64,000 nt of DNA, from the NCBI GenBank assembly GCA_963795085.1, contig CAWCFX010000001.1:1120001-1184000 (forward strand), given 5' to 3'. A model generated the notes under the pieces. That model saw only the letters and a list, made by a program, of their open reading frames with translations, had not been told where the DNA came from and made no database searches. The position numbers and the translations under genes were made by a program. Shown piece after piece: positions 1-9,152 of this stretch (positions are counted from its first letter, which is position 1; the number at the start of each line of letters is the position of its first letter). The stretch comes from an uncultured Gemmatimonadales bacterium. Its GTDB lineage: Bacteria; Gemmatimonadota; Gemmatimonadetes; Gemmatimonadales; GWC2-71-9.

Positions 1-117
1 ATGCAACCCAGGCCAATGCCTCACCCCGCAGGGGCGCGAGAGCGCAAGGTCCTAACCTCACGCCCGACGACCCACGAGGCGCGCCGGGAGATTCAGGCGG
101 CTCCGTGAGATCGAGAG

Positions 118-493
118 ACCTACGCGATCCTCTGCTACCATATCGTCTTCAGCACACAGTGGCGACGGCGAACAATCAAGAAGGAATGGTGCGCGCGATT
201 GCATGAATTTCTGGGGGGGATGGTCCGGGGACAGGGTGGGCACGCCGTTGTGGGAGGGGTCGAGGACCACGTTCATATGCTGATCAACTTGAAACCAAAC
301 CACCGGCTGTCGGACGTCATGAAGGAGGCCAAACACGAATCGTCGCGCTGGATTCACGAAAAGCCTGGGTGAACCAGGATTCCGCTGGCAAAAGGGTTAT
401 GGGGCCTTTACGGTGAGTCCCTTGGCGTATCCGAAAGTCAAGGAATACATTCTCAATCAACGCAAACATCACGAGAGGAAGACATCTCGCCGG
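118..493 (+). pseudogene. tnpA: IS200/IS605-family (Y1 HUH) transposase, frameshifted
   Basis: Frame +1 reads TYAILCYHIVFST...VGGVEDHVHMLI...ESSRWIHEK (HUH motif), then TGA at 370-372. Frame +2 continues SLGEPGFRWQKGYGAFTVS...VKEYILNQRKHH (catalytic YxxxQ). One extra A near 359-362; no in-frame start codon seen. Confidence 0.85.
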
Positions 494-633
494 TCTCACG
501 TCTCGCGCCGCTCCGCGGTGCCGGGGTGACGTTGGGGTTTACATCTCACGTCTTGCGCCGCTCCGCGGCGTCGGGGTGATCGCCGGGGGTCGTACGTCTC
601 ACGTCGCACGCCGCTCTCCGGCGCCGGGGGTGA
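494..633 (+). repeat. Three REP-like palindromic direct repeats (494-529, 544-579, 597-633)
   Basis: Unit TCTCACGTC..GCGCCGCTCCGCGG.G.CGGGGTGA with an internal hairpin CGCCGC-TCC-GCGGCG; a shorter inverted relative lies at 21-41. Confidence 0.75.
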
Positions 634-658
634 TCTCCCTTCCAATTACATTCCGCCC

Positions 659-1807
659 GTGCATCTCTACCTCCATGTCCCCTTTTGCGCCCGGCGCTGC
701 AGCTACTGCGATTTTGCGATTGCCGTGCGCCGTACGGTGCCGGCCCGTGCTTATGCCGACCTGGTTATCCGGGAATGGCAGGCCTGGCAGGCCTCCCCGG
801 CGTGGGACGGAGACATCGAGACGATCTATTTCGGCGGGGGTACTCCCTCGCTGCTCGATCCCGCCGAGCTGGAGCGGATGCTCGAGGCCTTTCGCCACCA
901 GCGGCCGGTGGCTGCCGCTGCTGAGATTACGCTGGAGGCCAATCCGGACGATGTGTCGCCTGAGCGGGCCCGGGCCTGGCGCTTGCTGGGATTCAACCGG
1001 GTGTCGCTGGGAGTCCAGTCCTTCGATCCGGGCGTGCTGCAATGGATGCACCGCACCCACACATCGGAGGATGTGCCCCGCGCCGTCGCCGCCCTCCGCG
1101 CCGCGGGGTTCGCCAACCTGTCGCTCGACCTGATTTTCGCCCTTCCCGCGCACCTGGGCCGGGACTGGTCACGTGACCTGTCCCTCGCGCTGGCATTGGG
1201 GCCGGAGCATCTCTCCCTTTACGGCCTCACCGTGGAAGAGCGTACCCCGCTGGCCCGCTGGGTGGCCCGGGGTGAGACCATCCGGTCTGATGACAGCGCC
1301 TACGCCGGTGAGTTCCTGGAGGCCGATGCCGCGATGCGGCAGGCCGGTTTTGAGCATTACGAGGTTTCCAACGCGGCCCGGCCGGGATTTCGGTCCCGCC
1401 ATAACAGCGCCTACTGGCACCGGCGACCCTTTATTGGCCTGGGCCCATCCGCCCACAGCGGCTGGGACAACCAGCGCCGCTGGAACATCCGGGAGTGGAG
1501 CGCCTACGAGCGGGCGGTCAGTGAGGGCCGGCCGGCGATGGAGGGCGAGGAGCACCTCGACGAGTCCGCGGTGGCCCTGGAGACCCTCTATCTGGGCCTG
1601 CGCACCACGGAAGGTGTCCCCCAATCCTCGGTGCCCAAGGACCAAGCCGACGCGTGGACTGCGGCCGGCTGGGCCCAGCGCTACGAGGGCCGACTCCGCC
1701 TGACGCCCGAAGGGTGGCTCCGGCTGGATGCCCTGGTGGCGTCGGTGGAGATGGCCCGAAGCTTCCCCACCGGCTTAGGTTTGGGTCATGACCGAACCTC
1801 TGACTGA
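659..1807 (+). CDS. hemW: Radical SAM heme chaperone HemW
   Basis: LYLHVPFCARRCSYCDF (CxxxCxxC), YFGGGTPS, HYEVSN, HNSAYW; lies upstream of hrcA. Confidence 0.92.
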   Translation: MHLYLHVPFCARRCSYCDFAIAVRRTVPARAYADLVIREWQAWQASPAWDGDIETIYFGGGTPSLLDPAELERMLEAFRHQRPVAAAAEITLEANPDDVSPERARAWRLLGFNRVSLGVQSFDPGVLQWMHRTHTSEDVPRAVAALRAAGFANLSLDLIFALPAHLGRDWSRDLSLALALGPEHLSLYGLTVEERTPLARWVARGETIRSDDSAYAGEFLEADAAMRQAGFEHYEVSNAARPGFRSRHNSAYWHRRPFIGLGPSAHSGWDNQRRWNIREWSAYERAVSEGRPAMEGEEHLDESAVALETLYLGLRTTEGVPQSSVPKDQADAWTAAGWAQRYEGRLRLTPEGWLRLDALVASVEMARSFPTGLGLGHDRTSD

Positions 1808-2819
1808 GCGGCAGCTTCGGGTGCTGGAGGCTGTCGTCCAGACGTATATCCAGACGGCGGAACCCGCCGGCAGCCAGACCATTGCCAGCCGGTTCGGGCT
1901 GGGCGTGTCTTCGGCCACCATCCGGAACACGATGAGCGAGCTGGAGGAGAAGGGGTACCTGTTTCATCCCCATACCTCGGCCGGCCGGATTCCCACCGAC
2001 CGGGCCTACCGGCTCTACGTGGACAACCTGATCCGGCTCAGCCCGCCCAGCCACAAGGACCAGACCACGCTCCGGCAGGAGCTCCCCCAGGCCAGGAGCG
2101 AGGTTGAAGAGATCCTGAGCCGCGCCGCTCAGGCGCTCAGCGTGCTCACCGCGGAGCTCGGCGTGGCGGTGGCGCCCGCGCTGGACAGCCTGGTGCTGGA
2201 GCGGCTGGAGCTGGTGCAGGTCTCGTCCGAGCGGCTGCTGCTGGTGTTCAACCTGCGAAGCGGAGTGGTCCGGACCCTCTTCGTCCAGGTTCCGTCCACT
2301 ATGGCGGCGGAATCGGTGCACCGGGTCGCCCAGGTTCTGAACGAGCGTCTCGCCGGGTTGACTCTGCAGGAGATCCGGAACACGCTGGGCGAGCGGCTTC
2401 GCGACTGGGACCACAGCGTCGAGGGTACCCGGCTGCTCAACATATTCATTGAAGAGGGCGACGAGATCTTCGACCTTTCGGCCGGGCGCAGTACCCTGGT
2501 CCTGGGCACCGCCCAGCGGCTGGCGGAACAGCCGGAGTTCGCGTCCAACACCCGGATGCGGGACCTGCTGGAACTGACCGAACGGCGCGACCTGCTCAAG
2601 ACCGCCCTGGAAGCCCGCCGGACCGGCGGCCTCAGCATCAGCATCGGCGCCGAGAACCTGAACCCCCGGCTCACCGATTTTACGCTGGTGACGTCGTCCT
2701 ACCGGGCCGGGGACCTCACCGGTGTCATCGGCGTCCTTGGACCGACCCGGATGCCCTACGAAAAGATCATTGGCCTGGTGGCCCACACCACCCGATTGGT
2801 GGAAGGTTTGCTTGAATGA
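1788..2819 (+). CDS. hrcA: Heat-inducible transcription repressor HrcA
   Basis: SSATIRNTMSELEEKGYL, PHTSAGRIPTDRAYRLYVD, IGVLGPTRMPY. Confidence 0.96.
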   Translation: MTEPLTERQLRVLEAVVQTYIQTAEPAGSQTIASRFGLGVSSATIRNTMSELEEKGYLFHPHTSAGRIPTDRAYRLYVDNLIRLSPPSHKDQTTLRQELPQARSEVEEILSRAAQALSVLTAELGVAVAPALDSLVLERLELVQVSSERLLLVFNLRSGVVRTLFVQVPSTMAAESVHRVAQVLNERLAGLTLQEIRNTLGERLRDWDHSVEGTRLLNIFIEEGDEIFDLSAGRSTLVLGTAQRLAEQPEFASNTRMRDLLELTERRDLLKTALEARRTGGLSISIGAENLNPRLTDFTLVTSSYRAGDLTGVIGVLGPTRMPYEKIIGLVAHTTRLVEGLLE

Positions 2820-3940
2820 GTGAGTTCTATCGTTTGCTCGACGTGTCCCGTGAAGCCTCCGAGGCCGAGATCAAGAAGGCCTACCGGAAGCTGGCGATGG
2901 AGTACCATCCCGACCGCAACCGGCAAGCGGGCGCCGAGGAGAAGTTCAAGGAGATCACCGAGGCGTACCAGGTCCTTTGCGATCCCCAGAAACGCGCGCT
3001 CTACGACCGCTACGGCAAGGCGGGCGTGGAGCGGGGCGGAGGCGGGTTTCACCACGTGGATCTCAGCGAGGCGCTCAACATTTTCATGCGCGACTTCGGG
3101 GGATTCGGCGGGTTCGAATCGTTCTTTGGCGGCGGCCGCAGCCAGGAGGACCACCGGCGGGGCCAGGACATCCGGGTCACGGTGAAGCTGACCCTGGCCG
3201 AGGTCGCGACGGGCATCAAGCGGACGCTCAAGCTCAAGACCCTCGACCGCTGCACCCAGTGCGAGGGAAACGGCGCGGCCCGGGGCACCCGGCCGGTGGC
3301 CTGCTCCACCTGCAGCGGCAGCGGGGAAGTCCGCCGCGCCACCCGCAGCATGTTCGGCCAGTTCGTATCGGTGCAGCCCTGCCCGACCTGCGCCGGCGAG
3401 GGAGAGGTCATCACCTCCCCGTGCGAGGTGTGCCGCGGCGAAGGCCGCGTCAAGTCGGACAAGACCGTCTCGGTCGAGGTCCCGCCCGGCGTCTCCAGCA
3501 ACAATTACCTGACCCTCCGGGGGCAGGGAGCCGCCGGCCCGCGCAACGGGCCCAACGGCGATCTCCTGGTGCTGCTGGAAATCAAGGACGACGAACGGTT
3601 CGAGCGCTCCGGGGACGACCTCATCTTCGACCTCCCGCTCGCCTTCTCGCAGGTGGCCCTGGGCGGTGTGTTCCTGGTCCCGAGCGCCACCGGCGAAGAG
3701 GAGGTCACCGTGGCACCGGGGACCCAGACGGGCACCATCATCCGTCTCAAGCACAAGGGGCTTCCCCATCTGGGCCAGGACGGCAGGGGCGATCTCCACA
3801 TCCGGATCCACGTCTGGACCCCGGAATCGCTCTCCCCCGAGCAGGAACGCCTGTTCCGGGAACTGTCCGCCCTGGAGGGAGAGCCGCCGCGGCGCAGCGC
3901 AGGGTTCTGGACCCGGGTCAAGGAAGCCCTGCGCGCGTGA
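2816..3940 (+). CDS. dnaJ: Chaperone DnaJ
   Basis: J domain with HPD, G/F-rich region, four CxxCxGxG repeats. Confidence 0.97.
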   Translation: MSEFYRLLDVSREASEAEIKKAYRKLAMEYHPDRNRQAGAEEKFKEITEAYQVLCDPQKRALYDRYGKAGVERGGGGFHHVDLSEALNIFMRDFGGFGGFESFFGGGRSQEDHRRGQDIRVTVKLTLAEVATGIKRTLKLKTLDRCTQCEGNGAARGTRPVACSTCSGSGEVRRATRSMFGQFVSVQPCPTCAGEGEVITSPCEVCRGEGRVKSDKTVSVEVPPGVSSNNYLTLRGQGAAGPRNGPNGDLLVLLEIKDDERFERSGDDLIFDLPLAFSQVALGGVFLVPSATGEEEVTVAPGTQTGTIIRLKHKGLPHLGQDGRGDLHIRIHVWTPESLSPEQERLFRELSALEGEPPRRSAGFWTRVKEALRA

Positions 3941-4764
3941 GCTGGTGGGCGCTGGATATTCGCCCTGGACGGCATGACCAGCAGCAGCTCGCCGCCTGGC
4001 TGGTGGAGCGTACCGGCCAGTCGGTGGAGGAGCGCGACGACGGCACGGTCGTCACCTTCGCCCCCGATGGGGACAGTGCCGACCAGCTGGTCTCGGCCAT
4101 CGCCAAGTACGACCGGGAGACTCGGGTCACCCGGCGGGCGCTGGAGGATCACGACTGGTCGGTCCGCTGGCGCGACGGCCTGGGCCCCCGCCGCCTGGGC
4201 CGGCTGGTGATCGTGCCCTCCTGGATTCCCTACGCCGCCGGGCCGGACGACGCGGTGGTCATCATCGATCCCGAAACCGCGTTCGGCAGCGGCGAACATG
4301 GCTCCACCCGGGCGGCGCTCACCCTGCTGGAGCGCCACCTGCGGCCGGGCGACCGGGTCCTCGACCTGGGCAGCGGCAGCGGCATTCTCGCGATCGCCGC
4401 CGCCCGGCTGGGCGCCCGCACCGCTGTGGGCATCGAGATCGACCCGGAAGCCGCCCCGGTGGCGGAGAAAAACGCCGAACGCAACACGGTCCAGGACCGC
4501 ACCCGCTTCCTCACCGAGGACGCGGTGGTCGCGCCGCTTCTCGGCCCCGTGGACCTGGTCTGTTCCAACATCCTGCGCCTGATCAACGAGGGGTTCCTGC
4601 CCGAAATCCGGCTCGCCCTGCGCCCCGGCGGCTTGGCGATCTTCTCGGGGATGCAGGCGGACGAAGCGGACCTCTTCCGGCCGGCGCTGATGCGGGCCGG
4701 GTTTACCGTGAAGGACGAGATCGTGGACGAAGCGTGGTGGGCGGTGGTGGGTAGTCGGGCATGA
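3937..4764 (+). CDS. prmA: Ribosomal protein L11 methyltransferase
   Basis: GTG start overlaps the dnaJ stop; IDPETAFGSGEHGST, VLDLGSGSGIL; dnaJ-prmA-rsmE synteny. Confidence 0.92.
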   Translation: MSWWALDIRPGRHDQQQLAAWLVERTGQSVEERDDGTVVTFAPDGDSADQLVSAIAKYDRETRVTRRALEDHDWSVRWRDGLGPRRLGRLVIVPSWIPYAAGPDDAVVIIDPETAFGSGEHGSTRAALTLLERHLRPGDRVLDLGSGSGILAIAAARLGARTAVGIEIDPEAAPVAEKNAERNTVQDRTRFLTEDAVVAPLLGPVDLVCSNILRLINEGFLPEIRLALRPGGLAIFSGMQADEADLFRPALMRAGFTVKDEIVDEAWWAVVGSRA

Positions 4765-5459
4765 TTACCGTGCTCGCCGAGCCGGGCATGATCAAGGTCG
4801 GTGCCCTGCTGGCGCTGGACCCCCAGGAAGCCCACCACCTCCAGGTGCGGCGGGCCGCCTCGGGCGACAGCATCCGCCTGATTGACGGGCGGGGGACCGT
4901 GGGGACCGGCGTCGTCAGCCTGGCCAGGAAGGAAGCCCGGGTCGAGGTGCGGGAGGCGGTGACCTTCCCCCCTCCCGCGCCGCTCCTTCTCGGCGTCGGC
5001 GGCGGAGACCGGGAGCGGTTTGCCTGGATGGTCGAGAAGTGCGCCGAACTGGGCGTGACCGCCATCGTGCCGCTCACGACCACGCGCTCCGCCAATGTCG
5101 CGGGCCGGATCCGGCCCGAGCACAGCCTGAAGCTGGCCCGGCGGGCGCTCGAAGCCTGCAAGCAGTCGGGCAACCCCTGGACTACCGCCGTCGATTCTCC
5201 CATGGAACTGGAGACCTTCCTGGCGTCCCTCTCCGCCTCCACCAGGCTCGCGGCCGAGCCGGGCGGAGCCCCGGTGCCGCCGACCGGGGCGGGCGAATCG
5301 ATCGCGGTGCTCATCGGGCCCGAGGGTGGCTGGACCACCGGGGAAACCGCCGCCAGCCGTCAGGCCGGCTTCATCGCGGTGAGTCTCGCCCCGCATACGC
5401 TGCGCTTCGAGACCGCGGCCGTCGCCGCGGCCGCGCTCATTGTTTCCCGGAGGTCCTGA
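4761..5459 (+). CDS. rsmE: 16S rRNA m3U1498 methyltransferase
   Basis: EKCAELGV, ACKQSG, IGPEGGW, LRFETAA. Confidence 0.93.
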   Translation: MITVLAEPGMIKVGALLALDPQEAHHLQVRRAASGDSIRLIDGRGTVGTGVVSLARKEARVEVREAVTFPPPAPLLLGVGGGDRERFAWMVEKCAELGVTAIVPLTTTRSANVAGRIRPEHSLKLARRALEACKQSGNPWTTAVDSPMELETFLASLSASTRLAAEPGGAPVPPTGAGESIAVLIGPEGGWTTGETAASRQAGFIAVSLAPHTLRFETAAVAAAALIVSRRS

Positions 5460-5462
5460 GCC

Positions 5463-5813
5463 ATGGCAACCGATTGCGTGTTCTGCCGGATCGTATCGGG
5501 AGAGATTCCCGCCACCATCGTCCGGCGGTCGCCCCACGCGGTGGCCTTCCGCGACCTCGATCCCAAGGCGCCATCGCACGTACTGGTGATTCCGACGACG
5601 CACGTCGCCGCGGTCCGCGACGCGGACGGTCCCGGGGGGGAGCTCCTGCTCGGGCGCCTGCTTGCGTTCGCGGCCGAGGTGGCTACCGGACTGGGCCTGG
5701 ATGAGGGAGGATACCGCATCGTCACCAACACCGGTTCCGATGGCGGCCAGTCGGTCTTTCACCTGCACTTGCACCTGCTGGGCGGCCGCCGGCTCGGCTG
5801 GCCTCCGGGATGA
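5463..5813 (+). CDS. Histidine triad (HIT) nucleotide-binding protein
   Basis: DCVFCRI, GQSVFHLHLHLLGGR. Confidence 0.93.
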   Translation: MATDCVFCRIVSGEIPATIVRRSPHAVAFRDLDPKAPSHVLVIPTTHVAAVRDADGPGGELLLGRLLAFAAEVATGLGLDEGGYRIVTNTGSDGGQSVFHLHLHLLGGRRLGWPPG

Positions 5814-6217
5814 GCGACCCGGTGCTCCTCTACGACGGCGTGTGCGGCTTCTGCAATGACAGCGTCCAGTTCATCCTTCGCCATGAATCGCGGCGCGACC
5901 TGCGGTTTGCCGCCTTGCAGGGGCACCATGCCGCGGGCGTGATCGCCCGGCACGCCGAGCTTCTCGAGGTGGACTCCCTCATCTGGGTGGAAGGCCGGGA
6001 CGGGGCGGAAATCGTAAAGGTCCGGTCCGCCGCGGCCCTCGCCGTGGCCGCCTACCTGGGCGGCGCCTGGCGCGCGCTGCTGGCGCTCTGGCTGGTGCCC
6101 CGGCCTCTGCGCGACTGGGGATACGACCTCTTCGCCCGCCACCGGTACCGGTTCTTCGGCCGCCATGCGAGCTGTCCGGTTCCCCCGCCGGAACTGCGGG
6201 CGCGCTTTCTCGGGTAG
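5810..6217 (+). CDS. DCC1-like thiol-disulfide oxidoreductase
   Basis: LLYDGVCGFC, FAALQ, LRDWGYDLFARHRYRFFG. Confidence 0.88.
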   Translation: MSDPVLLYDGVCGFCNDSVQFILRHESRRDLRFAALQGHHAAGVIARHAELLEVDSLIWVEGRDGAEIVKVRSAAALAVAAYLGGAWRALLALWLVPRPLRDWGYDLFARHRYRFFGRHASCPVPPPELRARFLG

Positions 6218-6261
6218 GGGCGTCCTCTTATCTTTCCCGCCCTACCCCTTGTGAGGACCTC

Positions 6262-6711
6262 GTGGCGCCACCCCTTTCCATCGCGACCCGGCTGCAGGAA
6301 TCGCTCAACGCGGCCCGCAAGGCCCAGGACAAGCCGCGGCTGCTGCTGGTGGGAACCATTCTGGCGGCGATCAAGAATCGGGAGATCGAACTGGCCCGCT
6401 CGCCTTCCGAGGAGGAAGTCATCGAGGTCCTCCGTCGCGGCATCAAGACCCGGCGCGAGTCGGTGGAACAGTATCGCAAAGGCGGGCGCCCGGAGCTGGC
6501 CGACCAGGAAGCCGCCGAGATCGCCATCCTCCAGGAGTATCTCCCGGCGGACGTAGATCCGGCCGAGATCCGTGCCGCGGTGAAGAGCGCCATCGCGTCC
6601 GGCGCCGGCGACGTGGGGAAGGTGATGGCCCAGGTGATGCCGAAGTTCAAGGGCCGGGCCGATGGCAAGGTGATCACCGAGATCGTGCGCGAGGAACTGC
6701 AGACCGGATGA
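6262..6711 (+). CDS. GatB/YqeY domain protein
   Basis: IKTRRESVEQYRKGGRPELA, EYLP, GKVM, GRADGK. Confidence 0.9.
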   Translation: MAPPLSIATRLQESLNAARKAQDKPRLLLVGTILAAIKNREIELARSPSEEEVIEVLRRGIKTRRESVEQYRKGGRPELADQEAAEIAILQEYLPADVDPAEIRAAVKSAIASGAGDVGKVMAQVMPKFKGRADGKVITEIVREELQTG

Positions 6712-9152
6712 CCGGGACGACCGCCGCCGAGACGACCGGGGTGCCAGCGATGGACACTGGCACCCCGGTGTCGTTGGCGCCCGACGTCTTCGCCGATGCG
6801 CTCGAGTCGCTGGAGTTTGCCGCCGTGCTGGACCGGGTCGCCGGCCACGCGGCCGGCCCCCTTGGGGCGGCGGTGATCCGTACCCGCCCTCCCACTGGAG
6901 ACATCGCCTGGATCGAGGGTGAACTGGCCCTGGTCGATGACGCGGCCGGGCTCATCCGGACCCGGCAGGGGGTGGCCGCGGAATCGGTCCCCGACATCAG
7001 CCGGGCGCTGAGCCGGCTCGGCATTGATGGAAGCGTACTCGAGATCGGCGAGATGATCGCGATCCGGCGGGCGCTGGCGGCCGCCCGCCTGGTCGCCGCC
7101 GAACTCAAGCGGGTCGAGAAGGATGCCCCCCGCCTCGCCCTGCTGGGCCGGCCGCTGCCATCCCGGACCGTCGAGAAACGGCTTGAGCAGTCGTTCGATA
7201 CGGACGGCTACCTGCTCGATACCGCGAGCCCCGGGCTGGCGGCGGCCCGGAAAGACGTCCGTGCCGCCCGGGACCGGCTGGTGAAGCGACTGGAGTCCCT
7301 GCTCAAGGCCGCCGAAGGGTCCGGCGCCGAGGGCTCGGTGACGGTGCGCAACGGCCGCTACGTCATCCCGCTTCGCCGCGACGCCCGGAGCCGCCCCGGC
7401 GGCATCGTCCACGGGGAGTCGGCGAGCGGGGGCACGCTCTTCGTCGAACCGGCCGAGGCGATCGAGCTGGGGAACGCGCTCCGCGCCGCCGAGGCGGCCG
7501 AGGAGCGGGAGGTGCTCAGGGTGCTGCGCGAACTGACTGAGCTGGTGCGGCCCGAGGCGGCGGTGATTCGCGAGGCGCAGGCCATGTGCGTGCGGGTGGA
7601 CGAGGTCGTCGCGCGCGGCAGGTATGCCGTGGCGGTGGACGGGCAGCGGCCCGCGGTTCGCGCCGCCGGAAGCGACATTACAATCCGGCACGGCCGCCAC
7701 CCGCTGCTGTTCGGGGACCGGGAGGTCATTCCCTTTGACCTCGACCTGGCGGGCGGGGAACGGACCGTGCTGATCAGCGGCCCCAACACCGGCGGCAAGA
7801 CCGTCCTGCTCAAGGCGGTCGGGCTGATCTCGGCCCTGAGCCAGTGCGGCATTATCCCTCCGGTCGGAGCGGGCACCGCGCTCCCGGTGTTCCTGAGCTT
7901 TTTCGCCGACATCGGGGACCGCCAGTCCATCGCGGCGAGTCTTTCCACCTTCAGCGCCCACGTCAAGGCGCTCCGCGATATCCTCGAGCACGCCGATGGG
8001 GCCAGTCTTATTCTGCTGGACGAGGTCGGCAGCGGCACCGACCCCGCCGAGGGGGCCGCCCTGGCGGCGGCCGCCCTGCTCTCGCTCACCGGCCGCCGCG
8101 CGCTGACGCTGGCCTCCACCCACCTCGGCACCCTCAAGCAGCTGGCCTCAGTCTCGCCGGGGGTGGTGAATGCCTCGCTGGAGTTCGACGCCGCGTCGCT
8201 GTCCCCCACCTACCGGTTCCTCAAGGGGGTGCCGGGGCGATCCTACGGCCTGGCGATCGCCCGCCGGTTGGGGGTGCCGGAGCCGGTGCTGGCCGCCGCC
8301 GAGGCGCAGGTGCCCGATACGGAGCGCCATCTCGATGCCGTCCTGGCCGCCGCCGAGCAGCGGGAACGGGAGATGAACGCGCGCCAGCAGGCCATGGAAG
8401 AGCGGGCCTCGGGGCTGGAGATGCTGGCCGCCCGGCTCACCGCGCAGGCCGGGATCCAGGAGCAGAGAGAGGTGGAGCTCCGGAAACGGGAGCGGGACGC
8501 CGAGAAGCAGGCTCGCAAGGAATCGAAGACCTATCTCCTGGAGGCGCGCCGGCGCGTCGAGGCCGCCATCTCCACGGTGCAGTCGGGCGCGGCCGAGACG
8601 ACTTCCCGGGAGGCGAGGCGGCTGGTGGAGGAGGGGATCAAGGCGGAGGCCGAGGCCCTGGACCAGGTGGAACAGGCGGAACGGGACGGCCGCACCGCGG
8701 CGCCGGTCTCGATCGGGCAGCGGGTCCGGATCGGGGCAGGCAGCGTGGGCCAGGTCAGGAAGCTCCGCTCCGACGGGAAGCTGGAGGTGATGGTGGGTGC
8801 CATGCGCATGATCGTTGACCCGGCGGGGGTCACCCCGCTCGGGGCGGAGGCCGAGGTGCCGGCGGCTCGCCCGGCGGCCCCGTCGCGGGACCCGGTCACG
8901 CGGGAATCGCCGTCGGAAGTAGATCTTCGCGGCATGACCGGCGAGGAGGCCGAAGCGGCGACCGAACAGGCGGTGGACGCGGCCTTCCTCGCCGAACGCC
9001 CCTTCCTGCGTATTATTCACGGCATGGGGACCGGGGTCGTGCGCGAGCGGGTGCGCCGGGTCGTATCCGCGGACCGGCGGGTCGCGAAATTCGGATTCGC
9101 CCCCGCCAACCAGGGCGGCACCGGGGTCACCATCGTGGAGTTCGCGGAATGA
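6708..9152 (+). CDS. mutS2: Endonuclease MutS2
   Basis: SGPNTGGKT Walker A, DIGDRQSI...LSTFS, DEVGSGTDP, C-terminal Smr domain (DLRGM, IIHGMGTG). Confidence 0.95.
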   Translation: MTGTTAAETTGVPAMDTGTPVSLAPDVFADALESLEFAAVLDRVAGHAAGPLGAAVIRTRPPTGDIAWIEGELALVDDAAGLIRTRQGVAAESVPDISRALSRLGIDGSVLEIGEMIAIRRALAAARLVAAELKRVEKDAPRLALLGRPLPSRTVEKRLEQSFDTDGYLLDTASPGLAAARKDVRAARDRLVKRLESLLKAAEGSGAEGSVTVRNGRYVIPLRRDARSRPGGIVHGESASGGTLFVEPAEAIELGNALRAAEAAEEREVLRVLRELTELVRPEAAVIREAQAMCVRVDEVVARGRYAVAVDGQRPAVRAAGSDITIRHGRHPLLFGDREVIPFDLDLAGGERTVLISGPNTGGKTVLLKAVGLISALSQCGIIPPVGAGTALPVFLSFFADIGDRQSIAASLSTFSAHVKALRDILEHADGASLILLDEVGSGTDPAEGAALAAAALLSLTGRRALTLASTHLGTLKQLASVSPGVVNASLEFDAASLSPTYRFLKGVPGRSYGLAIARRLGVPEPVLAAAEAQVPDTERHLDAVLAAAEQREREMNARQQAMEERASGLEMLAARLTAQAGIQEQREVELRKRERDAEKQARKESKTYLLEARRRVEAAISTVQSGAAETTSREARRLVEEGIKAEAEALDQVEQAERDGRTAAPVSIGQRVRIGAGSVGQVRKLRSDGKLEVMVGAMRMIVDPAGVTPLGAEAEVPAARPAAPSRDPVTRESPSEVDLRGMTGEEAEAATEQAVDAAFLAERPFLRIIHGMGTGVVRERVRRVVSADRRVAKFGFAPANQGGTGVTIVEFAE

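Noticed and set aside
58..499. Minus-strand ORFs 58-357 and 317-499
   Set aside because: Antisense to the IS200-like transposase remnant on the + strand.
494..633. Possible mini-CRISPR (three ~36-bp palindromic repeats)
   Set aside because: Spacers are only 14-17 bp, the repeats are degenerate, there are no cas genes, and the adjacent HUH transposase explains them better.
2977..3936. 595-aa N-terminally extended PrmA
   Set aside because: The extension overlaps dnaJ out of frame; GTG 3937 gives a normal PrmA.
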